61,753 nucleotides of DNA from Pseudomonas phage Max, in sequence record PP661416.1. One strand, 5' to 3'. The translations under genes were made by a program, and so were the position numbers. Below, one piece after another: positions 26,517-35,925 of this stretch (the first letter of the stretch is position 1; each line of letters starts with the position of its first letter). The notes below the pieces were generated by a model. The model was given only the letters and a program-made list of their open reading frames with translations, did no database searches and was not told the origin of the DNA.

Positions 26517-29339
26517 TCAACTGTTCACAACCTGGCGGACCGCGCCAGCGTTGCGTTGGATCACGTTCAGCAGGACCCGCTCGCCCGAGGAGCTGGTCAG
26601 GTAGTCCTGCATCAGGTTCGGGTCGATCACGTTCACAACCCGGATCGCGGACCCACCGCCCTGCTGCCCCTCGCCACCGCCCTGACGCGCTTCGTCCCGC
26701 TCCTGGGTCGGAGTACGGACAGACACCTGTTCGCCAGGCGTAGCACGGAAGGCGACCAGTTGCGAGTCCGTCCCGCCCGTCCCGCCCACGGTGAAGTCGC
26801 CGCCGAAGGCAAAGCCCGGCGTTTGGGCGATGATCTGGGCGACGTTCGCAGCCGCCACCGCTCCGGTCGCCGCCGCGAGGGCGTAGTTGGCCGGGGGCGG
26901 AGCGGAGGCAAGGGCCTTCTGAACCGCCAGCACGCCGTCAATGGTCGCCGTGGTGATCGCCGCCGCCTTGCCGATTGCCGCCAGCTTCTTGTTCTCCGAC
27001 CGGGACAGCCCGGACAGGGTGGAGAAGAAGTTGCGCTGGGTGGACAGGTTCTGCTCAGTGATCTGGGCCTGGACCCGAGCCTTCAATTGCTGGGCGGTCT
27101 GCTCGCTGATGAGGTCGGCTTGCCGCATCTCATCAATCCGCGCGTACATCTGCTCATACTGCGACAACATCGCCTGCTGGGCTTCGACCGTACCCGCGAG
27201 AAGGTCCGCGTTGGACTCCACCAGGAACTGGTTTGCCTGGGCCTGCGTGATCGCCCCCGCGGCCAGCAGCTCGTTGATCGCCGTGAGCTGGGCGGTGAAC
27301 TCCTGCTGGGGTCCGAGGATCGCCTGAAGGACCTGGTTGCGGGTTTCCGCCGCCCGGGTTTCCGCCTGAATCAGGGTCAGCTTCTCGCGGAGCTGCTTCA
27401 GCTCCTGCTCCCCGAGCATCACGCCCTGATAGCGCAGGTCCTGCTCGATGTAGCGCAACTGCTGTTCGACCTCGCGCTGCTCCGAGGTGAGGCGCAGCAG
27501 ATCGCGCTCCTCCTCCAGCTGACGGTTGATCGCGCCCATCGGGTCCAGGGCGTCCTTCAGCTGCTCTTGGATCAGGGCGAGGACCTGAGCCTTGCGCTCC
27601 GAAGTGATCAGGCCCGCGCGCTCCGCCTTCTCCAGGAGGGAGAGGGCGTTGGCGTACTCCTGCTGAGCGGCCCAGACACGGTCATAGGACCCGACCAGTT
27701 GGTTGAGTTCGTCCTGGAGTTTCTTGAGGGCCTTGGCCGCCTCCTCATCGCCTTTCCCGGAGGTCCGGCGACCGCCCCCACCGCCGCCCAGGTCTGGCGT
27801 CTCGACTTGAGCCGCGGCGACCCGCTCCTTGGAAATGTCGCGGGCGCGTTCGATCCAGCTGTCCAGCATCGCCTCCAACCCACTTTCGGATTGGGCGAGG
27901 ACTTCTTGGCGGAAGCCTTCCTCAAAGTTCGTGCCGATGTTGGCGCCAACGGCCTTCCAGCCCTCGATGTTGCCGGTCACCGCGGCCTTCAGGCCGTCCA
28001 CGTCAAGGTCCACCGCCGCCTTCAGGGCGTTCCCGAGCTGGCGGAAGTTGTTCATCAGCGCGTCAATGACGGAGCCCACGACATTGAGGACCCCCCGCAT
28101 CACGCCCCGGATCGTCCCGCCGATCATGTCGAACACCTGGAGGACGGTGCGCACCAGCTTCAACCACCACGCTTCCTGGTTCTGGACGCTGGCCCCGGCC
28201 TGGTCGGTCATGTTCTCATAGGCCGTCGCCGCGGAGCCGGTCAGCCAGTTGAAGAACTCCCCGACCGTATTGGCGAGGCCGGTGATGATCGGGCCGATGT
28301 CCTCCCAGGCGGCGCGCATCAGATCGCCCAGAGTGGTCGTGTCGTCAATCCCCAGCTTGATTTCGTCCCGGAACAGGGTCAGGGCTGTGATCACGGAGGT
28401 GAGGACGATCAGGAATGCGCCCAAGGGGTTCGCGGCGATGGCGGCGTTGAGGGCGATAACGGCGGTGCGGACGGCGTTGAACGCTGCCGCGCCTCCGGCG
28501 ACGATAGCGAAGCCCGCACCCACCGACAGGAGGACCTTGGCGATGGTGTCCAGGTTGTTGCTGATGAACATGATCGCCTTGGACAGCAGTTCGCTCGCGC
28601 CGGTCGCCTCATCGAACTTACCAACCAGGTCCACCACGTTGTTCTGGAGGACTTGGAAGGACTGGCCGATGGTGGGGACGGACTTGGCAAACCGCTCCTC
28701 CAGCTCCGTCCGGGCGTTCTTGAAGGCGTCGAAGATGATGTCAGCGCTGATTTTGCCATCCTGGCCCATCTGACGGAGTTCGCCGCGGGTCACGTTCAGC
28801 TGCTTGGCGATCACGTCTGCGACGGTCGGCAGCTGTTCCAGGACGGAGTTCAGTTCATCGCCGCGGAGGACGCCCGAGGCGAGGCCCTGGGCCAGCTGGA
28901 TCATACCAGCTTGAGCCTCGCCCGCGCTCGCGCCGGACAGGGCGATGGCTTGGTTCAGCGACTTCGTGAAGTCGATCAGCTCCTGCTGCGACAGGCCCAG
29001 GTCCTTCGCGCTGTTGGCCAATCGGCTGTACGTCTCCACCGTACCCTCCAGGGACTGGCGGGTGGAGTTCGAGACGTCAAGCAGCGACCGATACACCGCC
29101 CCGAGGTTCTGGGCCTCAAGGCCCGTCGCCCGGAGTCGGTTCTGGAGGTTGGTGTAGGTGTCCAGCAGGCGCACGAGTTCGCGCGCAGACAGGTACGCGC
29201 CCAGGGAGGCCAGGGCGTTCTTGAGGAAGTCCACCCCGCCCGCGGCTCCGCGCCCGGACTTCCCGATGTCCTCCAGGTTTCGCTGAACGACACGCGAACC
29301 TCGTTCAGTGATGACTATGTCAATGCGTTCTTCGGCCAC
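26517..29339 (-). CDS. tape measure protein
   Basis: 940 aa, long coiled-coil, GTG start with GGGGAG 6 nt upstream, follows the G/GT chaperones. Confidence 0.85.
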   Translation of the reverse strand: MAEERIDIVITERGSRVVQRNLEDIGKSGRGAAGGVDFLKNALASLGAYLSARELVRLLDTYTNLQNRLRATGLEAQNLGAVYRSLLDVSNSTRQSLEGTVETYSRLANSAKDLGLSQQELIDFTKSLNQAIALSGASAGEAQAGMIQLAQGLASGVLRGDELNSVLEQLPTVADVIAKQLNVTRGELRQMGQDGKISADIIFDAFKNARTELEERFAKSVPTIGQSFQVLQNNVVDLVGKFDEATGASELLSKAIMFISNNLDTIAKVLLSVGAGFAIVAGGAAAFNAVRTAVIALNAAIAANPLGAFLIVLTSVITALTLFRDEIKLGIDDTTTLGDLMRAAWEDIGPIITGLANTVGEFFNWLTGSAATAYENMTDQAGASVQNQEAWWLKLVRTVLQVFDMIGGTIRGVMRGVLNVVGSVIDALMNNFRQLGNALKAAVDLDVDGLKAAVTGNIEGWKAVGANIGTNFEEGFRQEVLAQSESGLEAMLDSWIERARDISKERVAAAQVETPDLGGGGGGRRTSGKGDEEAAKALKKLQDELNQLVGSYDRVWAAQQEYANALSLLEKAERAGLITSERKAQVLALIQEQLKDALDPMGAINRQLEEERDLLRLTSEQREVEQQLRYIEQDLRYQGVMLGEQELKQLREKLTLIQAETRAAETRNQVLQAILGPQQEFTAQLTAINELLAAGAITQAQANQFLVESNADLLAGTVEAQQAMLSQYEQMYARIDEMRQADLISEQTAQQLKARVQAQITEQNLSTQRNFFSTLSGLSRSENKKLAAIGKAAAITTATIDGVLAVQKALASAPPPANYALAAATGAVAAANVAQIIAQTPGFAFGGDFTVGGTGGTDSQLVAFRATPGEQVSVRTPTQERDEARQGGGEGQQGGGSAIRVVNVIDPNLMQDYLTSSSGERVLLNVIQRNAGAVRQVVNS

Positions 29340-29341
29340 CG

Positions 29342-29788
29342 TCAGCTCCCCGGGTCCCCGTCAACAACCCTTCCGAACTGTACAACCTGGACGGCTTCGA
29401 GCACCGCCTGTTCCACGAAGTTCGCCGGGGCTTGGGCGGAATACCCGTCATTCAGTCGTTGGATGTACGGGAGGTTGTTGGTGATGTGAATCTCCTCCCC
29501 GTAATTGTACCCGCGAATGACCGATTCAGCTTGGTCGATTGCGGCCTGAGTGTTGGCGGCTTCAGTGCTGCCCGCCTCGCCGGGCGAGTAGGCATCAATC
29601 ACGGAGGAGGGGGCGGAGCCAATCGCGGCGATCCAGTTGGATCGGGCGCGGCCCGTGTCCACGGGCGTCCCAGACACCACGGCTTGATCCGCGGCGAGGG
29701 CGACCTTGCGAGTGAGCGCGTCAGCGCCCTCCGCGACCTTTCGGCCCCGGAGGGTAATGCGTCGGCTGAACTCACTTAGACTTGGCAC
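29342..29788 (-). CDS. hypothetical tail-module protein (start uncertain, GTG proposed)
   Basis: Frame is open between the GT stop and the TMP start. GGAGCG before the GTG. No ATG available. Confidence 0.35.
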   Translation of the reverse strand: MPSLSEFSRRITLRGRKVAEGADALTRKVALAADQAVVSGTPVDTGRARSNWIAAIGSAPSSVIDAYSPGEAGSTEAANTQAAIDQAESVIRGYNYGEEIHITNNLPYIQRLNDGYSAQAPANFVEQAVLEAVQVVQFGRVVDGDPGS

Positions 29789-30110
29789 GGGCTGCGCTCC
29801 ACTGTAGATACTTCTGGTCAAGTCGCTGGATGAACCAAACAAAGTCCTCCTGCTGCTCGCCCTCGATCCCGTTGATCATACAATACTCCAGTATGGCCAA
29901 CAATGGGATAGGTCCCAGGCCCGTGCCGATTTGCCTACATGACGTCAGGTCCAAAAATCCGATGTAGTACAGCTCAGAACCAAGGGTCAGCTCCGGGGCG
30001 TTCTGTATGCGGTCGGGCAAGGGCATCCCGAACCGCATACACTGCTCGATGATCTTCTGCTCTACTGGGCCTTGCTCGAAGCCGTAGCAGAGGACTTCCC
30101 AGAGTTTCCC
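29772..30110 (-). CDS. GT-type extension reached by a programmed -1 frameshift from 30062..30535 (the fusion product spans 29772..30535)
   Basis: The -1 frame stays open across the G C-terminus. Slippery heptamer G_GGA_AAC lies in the overlap. Confidence 0.55.
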   Translation of the reverse strand, partial: GKLWEVLCYGFEQGPVEQKIIEQCMRFGMPLPDRIQNAPELTLGSELYYIGFLDLTSCRQIGTGLGPIPLLAILEYCMINGIEGEQQEDFVWFIQRLDQKYLQWSAARAKSK

Positions 30111-30535
30111 AGGTCCGTCTCCCGTACCTCATCGCGGAACAGCGCCACGTTGGCGGACTGCTCGCGGAGGTCCACGAACAGGTCCGGCAGGTCCTCGAAC
30201 AGCTTCAGGACGTTCTCCTTGTTGAAGTCCATCGGCTGGCCGTCCGGGCCTTCCACGTTGATCCAATCCAGCACCACCGTCTCCGCGAACACTTCCTTGT
30301 ACAGGCGGTCCGCGGTCTTGTTGTCCAGCATCCCGGTCTGGATGGCCTTCTTGTACGGGCGGGTGGCCTTCTCCAGCGCCTTCGAGAAGGCGACGTTGTG
30401 GCCCCCGGCACGCGCGATCTTGATGCGGATCGGCTTGCCGTCCGCGGTCTGGCCGTACTCCAGCCAGATGCCGTCCGTTTCCAGGTTCTCGTTGGTCTTG
30501 AACAGTTTGTACAGGCTCATTCTCTGTTTCTCCAC
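30062..30535 (-). CDS. tail assembly chaperone (lambda gpG analogue)
   Basis: Directly upstream of the frameshift partner and the TMP. 157 aa. Confidence 0.65.
   Translation of the reverse strand: MEKQRMSLYKLFKTNENLETDGIWLEYGQTADGKPIRIKIARAGGHNVAFSKALEKATRPYKKAIQTGMLDNKTADRLYKEVFAETVVLDWINVEGPDGQPMDFNKENVLKLFEDLPDLFVDLREQSANVALFRDEVRETDLGNSGKSSATASSKAQ
30104..30110 (-). promoter_or_regulatory. slippery heptamer GGGAAAC (X_XXY_YYZ) for the -1 programmed ribosomal frameshift
   Basis: Minus-strand ctG_GGA_AAC in the G frame. The shift gives GKLWEVLCYGFEQGPVEQKIIEQCMRFGMPLPD... Confidence 0.55.
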
Positions 30536-30549
30536 GTAGGGTGAGGGAA

Positions 30550-30569
30550 GGGAGGGCCGGAGCCCTCCC
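30550..30569 (-). terminator. GC hairpin GGGAGGGC-N4-GCCCTCCC after the major tail gene
   Basis: Perfect 8-bp stem. Same motif at 48648..48667. Confidence 0.35.
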
Positions 30570-30582
30570 CAGGCTCCGTTGA

Positions 30583-32115
30583 TTATACGTCAGCCGCGTT
30601 CGGAAGGTAAGGGAATTCATTGAGCAGCAGGGTGTAACCCGCCGCGCTTTCCGCCGCGTCCACCGACAGGGGCAAGGTGATGGGCTGGTCCTGCTCCACG
30701 TTCAGGCGACCGTCGCCCAGGGCGAGCAGCGGGATGTCCCACACCAGACCGGCGTTGTTCTTCACCAAGGCGAAGTCCAGCGTCACGTCCGAGTTGTTGC
30801 GCACCGCCTGGACCGCCGCGATGTCCGCAAAGTAGGCCGTCACGTTGCCCGACACCTGGAAGGTGCCCGCGGAAACGTCGAAGGCCCCGAGGACAGCGAC
30901 CGCCTTGTTGGGCGAGACGTTGTTGTTGATCGTCAGCGTCAGCTCCGTGAGGAAGGCGAACAGGGCGGTGGGGTTCGAGTTGCCCGCGGTCAGCAGGTGC
31001 ATCTTGATCCGGCTGAAGTCCGAGGAGGTGTTGAAGGCCGGTGCGTCCACGAGGTCGGGACGGGAGCCGGTCTTGACGCCCGCCGTCCCGTCGCGCTGCT
31101 CGTTGTCGGTCGCCACGAAGCTCAGATCAACCGTGACCTTGTCGGCCTGGCGAATCTGGAGGCTCAGTTCATTCGGGACCGCGCCCACCAGGTACTCCGA
31201 CATGGTGCCGTTGGCGTCCTGGCCCAGGGTACGTTCGAGCTGGTACGTGCGGCGCTTGATCAGGTTCGCGTCCCGCTCGTTCTTGATCACGTTGCCGTAG
31301 AACAGCTGGATGGTCTTGCCGGTGCCCGTCTCCGCGGCCATGGTGCCGGCGGTCTTGTCGAACTCGATGTAAGTGGCAGCGACCGCGCGGACCCGGGCGA
31401 AGCCGTTGTTGCCTGCGGTGCTGAACTTCGTCGCTGCGGCGTCCCCGCCGATGAACACCCACTCGCCCACTACCAGGCCCAGGGTCGTCAGGTCCTTCGT
31501 ACCCGAACCGCGGACCAGGCGCGGATAGCTGCCGGACACGTCGATGTTCATTTCAGCGGAGCCGAACTGGAAACCGACCTTGATCAGCTTCGCGGTCGCC
31601 GGGGGCGTCTCGTCCACTGCGGTTTGAGTCACCACCACGGTCAAGGCGGTGGAGCTGGCGACGTTCTTCAGGCCGTTGTTCGAGGCCTGGCCGAAGCCCG
31701 AGGCGAGGACCAGATCACCGGCGAGGAACTGCGACCCCACGGTGCCGGAGCCCAGGGTGTAGGTCTTGCTGGTGCCCGTCACGCCGGAGAAGGGCACGGC
31801 GGTCCCGTTGGTCGGGATGTTGGTGGCCTTCTCGCGGATGTCCGCGAAGAAGAAGCCCTGAAGCAGGCGGGTCAGGTTGTTCTGGGTCAGGTCCTGACCG
31901 AAACCGCCCGAGGCGTCCAGGTCCGTGGTCACGCCCTTCTTGCGCTGGCGGGACGGGTTGATGGGGTTCCGGGCGACCGTGGTCAGCTGACCACCAAAGT
32001 CATTGTAGCCGTTGGGCTCCAGCGGATACCACACCGGCGACACGGGCAGGTTCTTGATCGTGTCCTCCTCCGCGTAGCGGAGGCCGGTGACGTTCGAGTC
32101 AATCTTGTTAGCCAT
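30583..32115 (-). CDS. major tail protein (tube)
   Basis: 510 aa, immediately upstream of G/GT, hairpin after the stop. Confidence 0.55.
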   Translation of the reverse strand: MANKIDSNVTGLRYAEEDTIKNLPVSPVWYPLEPNGYNDFGGQLTTVARNPINPSRQRKKGVTTDLDASGGFGQDLTQNNLTRLLQGFFFADIREKATNIPTNGTAVPFSGVTGTSKTYTLGSGTVGSQFLAGDLVLASGFGQASNNGLKNVASSTALTVVVTQTAVDETPPATAKLIKVGFQFGSAEMNIDVSGSYPRLVRGSGTKDLTTLGLVVGEWVFIGGDAAATKFSTAGNNGFARVRAVAATYIEFDKTAGTMAAETGTGKTIQLFYGNVIKNERDANLIKRRTYQLERTLGQDANGTMSEYLVGAVPNELSLQIRQADKVTVDLSFVATDNEQRDGTAGVKTGSRPDLVDAPAFNTSSDFSRIKMHLLTAGNSNPTALFAFLTELTLTINNNVSPNKAVAVLGAFDVSAGTFQVSGNVTAYFADIAAVQAVRNNSDVTLDFALVKNNAGLVWDIPLLALGDGRLNVEQDQPITLPLSVDAAESAAGYTLLLNEFPYLPNAADV

Positions 32116-32148
32116 GGTTGTAACTCCTCAATTCAAGTGGCAAGGGGT

Positions 32149-32601
32149 TCATCGCAGTTCGTCATACTCGAACTCCACCACCACGTTCATCTGGTACCAC
32201 GCGCCGTCCGGGCCAATCTCCTGGATGCGCGCGTTGCGGAACCAAATGCCGCTCGCGGTGCCTCGCCCCTCGAAGGCGTCCCGGGCGATTATCGCGCATT
32301 TTTCAGCAAGAGACAAGCCTTGTCCCCCTGACAGCGGCGTGAAAACTTGTACCGTGATCAGTCCGGGACGGGTAAAGCGGCGACCGCCGGTGGGTCCGAA
32401 GGTCGCCTGCCGCGAAGTCGTGTGGCGCAACGTGATTCGGGCATAGGGCTTGTCCGCGGGCGGAGGGTCGCCCGCGTCCACCCCGGGCCATTCCACGCGG
32501 ATCGGAGCCCCGCCGTTGAGGGCCGGGGTGTCCGCGGTCCACTTCGTGTTGAACAGCCCAAGGATTTCGTCGCGGGCGCTGTCGAAGGTCGGGAGGGTCA
32601 T
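32149..32601 (-). CDS. tail terminator / tail completion protein
   Basis: 150 aa, directly upstream of the major tail gene. Confidence 0.4.
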   Translation of the reverse strand: MTLPTFDSARDEILGLFNTKWTADTPALNGGAPIRVEWPGVDAGDPPPADKPYARITLRHTTSRQATFGPTGGRRFTRPGLITVQVFTPLSGGQGLSLAEKCAIIARDAFEGRGTASGIWFRNARIQEIGPDGAWYQMNVVVEFEYDELR

Positions 32602-32966
32602 TGGCGCACCTGCAATTCATACATGATCGCTTGCCCGTTCGGGTTCAGCGGTTTCACGGCGATGACCTTCCAGACCTCCAGGCCCCGCAGCACCAAGCCT
32701 TCGACCTCCGGCGGAGCCGTCAGGCCCTCCGCGGGCATGAACACGCGCTGGTCGCCCATGCGGATCGTCTGGCCGTCGATGTAGCGTTGCTCATAGTCCA
32801 GGAACACCGCCTCAATGGTCTGGTCCGCCGCGACGTTGCCGCCCGGCTTCCACGGCTTCGCCGGATCGGGAGCGGCCCCGGCGGTGAAGCCCCGGAGGGT
32901 CACGGCCTGGCCGTTCTTCTTGATCAGCTTCTTGGCCAGCGCAATAGCGGAGTCAAACCGTGCCAT
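32598..32966 (-). CDS. head-tail joining (head closure) protein
   Basis: 122 aa, ATGA-coupled. Confidence 0.4.
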   Translation of the reverse strand: MARFDSAIALAKKLIKKNGQAVTLRGFTAGAAPDPAKPWKPGGNVAADQTIEAVFLDYEQRYIDGQTIRMGDQRVFMPAEGLTAPPEVEGLVLRGLEVWKVIAVKPLNPNGQAIMYELQVRQ

Positions 32967-32969
32967 GGA

Positions 32970-33491
32970 TCACCCCCGCAGCAACGTGCCGCCGGAGCGG
33001 ACAAGGCCCGCGCGGACCAGCTTCTGGTCCGCCGCCGGGTATTTGGGCATCTGGAACACGGCCCCGCCCACGAAGGTGACGGACTCGCTGATGGGTCCGA
33101 CCGCTTCCGACTTCGACAGGACCGCCACGCCCGAGGCGTTCCGCTCCGGGTCCGGGTTCAGCTCCGCGGCGAGGGCGCGCAGGGCGTACTCCGCGCAGGC
33201 TTCCTTCACCTCCGGCGGGATGTCGTTGATGTAGTAGCGGTCACGGTCCCAGGCGTCCGTCCGGGGCCATTCCGTGGTCTGGTCACGGCCCAGCCGCTTC
33301 TTGCCCACGAAGTTGAACCGCTGGTCCAGGTAGTCGGTCGCGCGGATGACCGCGGCCTCAATCTGGGGGTCCGCGGAGCCCGCGAAGGAGTTGCCCCGGT
33401 CGGTGTGGTAGGTCTTGAACTCCTCCACGCTGATGTAGGCGTTCGCCCCGGCGACGGCTCCCGTGTTGTCTTGGACGATCAAGGCCATCAC
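32970..33491 (-). CDS. head-tail connector/adaptor protein (gp6-like)
   Basis: MMALIVQDNTGAVAGANAYISVEEFKTY...AAVIRATDYLD pattern typical of phage adaptors. Confidence 0.5.
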   Translation of the reverse strand: MMALIVQDNTGAVAGANAYISVEEFKTYHTDRGNSFAGSADPQIEAAVIRATDYLDQRFNFVGKKRLGRDQTTEWPRTDAWDRDRYYINDIPPEVKEACAEYALRALAAELNPDPERNASGVAVLSKSEAVGPISESVTFVGGAVFQMPKYPAADQKLVRAGLVRSGGTLLRG

Positions 33492-34213
33492 GTCCTCCAG
33501 AAGGCTTGATATTTGGCCCGGCGGATCGTCAGGACGTTCCGCACGTGGCTCCGGTTGATCTCATACCAGCTCCGGTTGCCGTAGCCCCGCTGCGGGACCT
33601 TCGACTTGAGGCTGGTGCGTTCTACGTGTCCAAACCAACGGGCCGGGTCGCATCCGTGGGTGTTCGAGCACAGGCGGCGATCCTGTAGGACGCCCGCCGC
33701 CCCGCCGTTGTAGCTGGACAGGACGAAGGCCCACTGGTCCGTGACCGTTGCGCCCGGGTTCGCGGCGATCCTCCGCCACAGGCTCCGGTTCATTTCCACG
33801 ATGGCCGTGAGCTGGAAGCCCGGGTCATAGCGGTTCTCCCAGGTCCAGTCGCGGAGGGAGTTGTGGGTGTTGCGCAGTTCGTTGAACACGTTCATGCGTT
33901 CGGAGCCGTCCGGGCGATAGGCGACCGTGACCTGACCGAAGCCGAAGCCGTATTCACGATGGGTGCGCAGCTCCGCCCGCGGGTTCCAGCAGCGGGAGTG
34001 CGTCAGGCTGATACAGCTTTCCTGCTCCACCAGACCGGCGAGGGTCCAGGGCTCCGGGGCTTGCGGCCAGACCGCCTCCTGCTTCTCGACCAGCACTGGC
34101 GCGTACACCTTCGCCCCCGAAGGGACGAAGGTGCGGGCGTCCTGGGCGAGGGCGACGGAGCCGAAGGCCCAGCAGAGGACCGCGAAGGCGAAGTGAATCA
34201 GGCTTTTGCCCAT
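33488..34213 (-). CDS. endolysin: lytic transglycosylase (SLT-like) with an N-terminal signal peptide
   Basis: Start MGKSLIHFAFAVLCWAFGSVALAQD. EQES...GFGFGQVT resembles the SLT catalytic region. Next to the holin and spanins. Confidence 0.5.
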   Translation of the reverse strand: MGKSLIHFAFAVLCWAFGSVALAQDARTFVPSGAKVYAPVLVEKQEAVWPQAPEPWTLAGLVEQESCISLTHSRCWNPRAELRTHREYGFGFGQVTVAYRPDGSERMNVFNELRNTHNSLRDWTWENRYDPGFQLTAIVEMNRSLWRRIAANPGATVTDQWAFVLSSYNGGAAGVLQDRRLCSNTHGCDPARWFGHVERTSLKSKVPQRGYGNRSWYEINRSHVRNVLTIRRAKYQAFWRT

Positions 34214-34533
34214 AGCACCAATCCCAAGAAGGTGAAGCAGATGGTCAGGGCGACGGCGAGGACCACGAGGCCCCCGGCCACGGAGCCCTCCCGGGCATGC
34301 GCGAGCCATTCCGACAGGTCCACCTGGGGTAGTACCACACGGGTGATCACAACGGTGATCCCTGCCAGCGCGAGGGCAAACGCTGTCCACTGCGCGAGGG
34401 TCACGACCATGGCCGGGTCGATCAGCAGCAACGGGGCGATGCTGGCGATGAGCAGGACCCAGGCCGTGAGGTCCAGGAAGGGGGCGAGGCGCTTGCGCAG
34501 TCGGGCGAGGAAGCGGGTGACGGCGATGTTCAT
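34198..34533 (-). CDS. holin (three predicted TM helices)
   Basis: MNIAVTRFLARL..., TMs LTAWVLLIASIAPLLLI, WTAFALALAGITVVI, AGGLVVLAVALTICFTFLGLVLW. GGAG RBS. Confidence 0.6.
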   Translation of the reverse strand: MNIAVTRFLARLRKRLAPFLDLTAWVLLIASIAPLLLIDPAMVVTLAQWTAFALALAGITVVITRVVLPQVDLSEWLAHAREGSVAGGLVVLAVALTICFTFLGLVLWAKA

Positions 34534-35099
34534 TGTTGGTTCTCCGGTTGCGGTAGGGTACACAGCTGGACGGCGGACCGCGCCCAAGCCTGAAGGGCGG
34601 TCAGTTTCCTGATGGCCCGGTCGCCGTCTGCGGCGATTCCCCAGAGAGCTGCCGAAGTCTCTGGCGCAAGTTCGGCTGTTCCGGCTCCATCAGCTCCGCC
34701 GGGGGCGGACTCAGCCGCACCGGATCGGGCCGCACCACAAGAGGAGACTTGGAGGCGCAGCCGCTGATTGCCAGACCGCAGATCAGCAATAGTGCGCTCA
34801 TCCCGCGCCCGGGCGTCCGCTTGCTGTTGGGCGAACTCCGCCCGGAGGTCTGCGACACGCTGTTCATGGGCTTTCTCCTGTTCACGGTTCTTGTCGTTGG
34901 CCTCAGCCAGGAGGCGTTCCTGCTCCCGTTCCCGGGCGCGGACCTCCTCCTTGTATTTGTCCAGGGCCTCCGCCGCCTCCGCGGTCGCGTCCGCCTTCCC
35001 GGAACCATAGCCGAAGCCGTAGCCCGCGAGGGCGATCAAGGCGACGGCGAGCAGGACGCCCGCCGCGGCCCAGACCTTGGAGGAGGGGAAGCCGAACAC
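34530..35099 (-). CDS. i-spanin (Rz-like)
   Basis: N-terminal TM, coiled coil, DLRSGNQRLRLQ, embedded lipoprotein ORF. Confidence 0.65.
   Translation of the reverse strand: MFGFPSSKVWAAAGVLLAVALIALAGYGFGYGSGKADATAEAAEALDKYKEEVRAREREQERLLAEANDKNREQEKAHEQRVADLRAEFAQQQADARARDERTIADLRSGNQRLRLQVSSCGAARSGAAESAPGGADGAGTAELAPETSAALWGIAADGDRAIRKLTALQAWARSAVQLCTLPQPENQQ
34601..34801 (-). CDS. o-spanin (Rz1-like lipoprotein) embedded in the +1 frame of the i-spanin gene
   Basis: MSALLLICGLAISGC lipobox, then a Pro-rich segment PLVVRPDPVRLSPPPAEL. Confidence 0.6.
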   Translation of the reverse strand: MSALLLICGLAISGCASKSPLVVRPDPVRLSPPPAELMEPEQPNLRQRLRQLSGESPQTATGPSGN

Positions 35100-35102
35100 G
35101 GG

Positions 35103-35273
35103 TCAGACCCCGCCCTTGTCCATGCCCTTGATCGGGGCGGTGGGGCCGGAAGGGGCCGGAGCGGACTTGCCGCCCATGACCACGTTCTTCGAGTTCTGGC
35201 CGTGACGCACGCCAGACTTCGAGGCATTGACCATCTTCGAGGCGGTTGCCTTGGTGGTGCCGGATTTCGCCAT
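35103..35273 (-). CDS. possible 56-aa basic protein (not in the track)
   Basis: AAGGAG 7 nt before the ATG. MAKSGTTKATASKMVNASKSG... High GC3. Confidence 0.35.
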   Translation of the reverse strand: MAKSGTTKATASKMVNASKSGVRHGQNSKNVVMGGKSAPAPSGPTAPIKGMDKGGV

Positions 35274-35300
35274 GATGCTTCTCCTTCGGAGTTGGTTGGG

Positions 35301-35906
35301 TTACTGAGCAGCCTTCGCCTTGTCGCGGGTATGGCCCGGGGCGACGGCTTCCACGTCAGCGCGGGTGATGCCGGCGGAGCCATACAGCTTCTCCACGGCG
35401 GTCATCGCGGGCTTTCCGTCCTTGGTCCAGTGGGTGTCGTCCGCCGGGTCCAGGCCCAGGACCGCCTTCTGGAGCTTGGTGTTCAGCTCCACGGTCGGCT
35501 CCTTCGCCGGATCGGTCAGGACCTCCGGTTGTCCGTCCCCATCGGATACACCCCCGGCTTGCCCGGCTTCGGCTTCGACACCTCCGCCGCTGACAGGTGC
35601 CGCGTCACCGGCTTCAGTCCCGCCCCCGTTGGGCTGAACGTCGCCGTGTACCGGCTGTTGGCCGTCCGGCTGGGAGCCTTCTTGAAGATCACGCTGGCCA
35701 TCGGGCACCTCCTTCAGTGCGGGGTGTCCTTCCGGGTAAGCCTGCCAGTTGCGTTCGAGGAAGCGGGCGTGCAGGGCGACCTCCTCCGCCGGAGCGGTGA
35801 TGGTCAAGCGGCCCTTCTCGAAGGCGTAGGGCTGACTGCCCAAGCGAATCGTGCGGCCCGCGAGGGCTCCGGTCAGGACAAAGGTTGTTTGGATGATGGT
35901 GGACAT
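35301..35906 (-). CDS. hypothetical head-module protein (C-terminal Mu-like N-domain-like motif)
   Basis: LGLDPADDTHWTKDGKPAMTAVEKLYGSAGITRADVEA. Confidence 0.45.
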   Translation of the reverse strand: MSTIIQTTFVLTGALAGRTIRLGSQPYAFEKGRLTITAPAEEVALHARFLERNWQAYPEGHPALKEVPDGQRDLQEGSQPDGQQPVHGDVQPNGGGTEAGDAAPVSGGGVEAEAGQAGGVSDGDGQPEVLTDPAKEPTVELNTKLQKAVLGLDPADDTHWTKDGKPAMTAVEKLYGSAGITRADVEAVAPGHTRDKAKAAQ

Positions 35907-35925
35907 TTGTACAGTTCTCCTGGGG

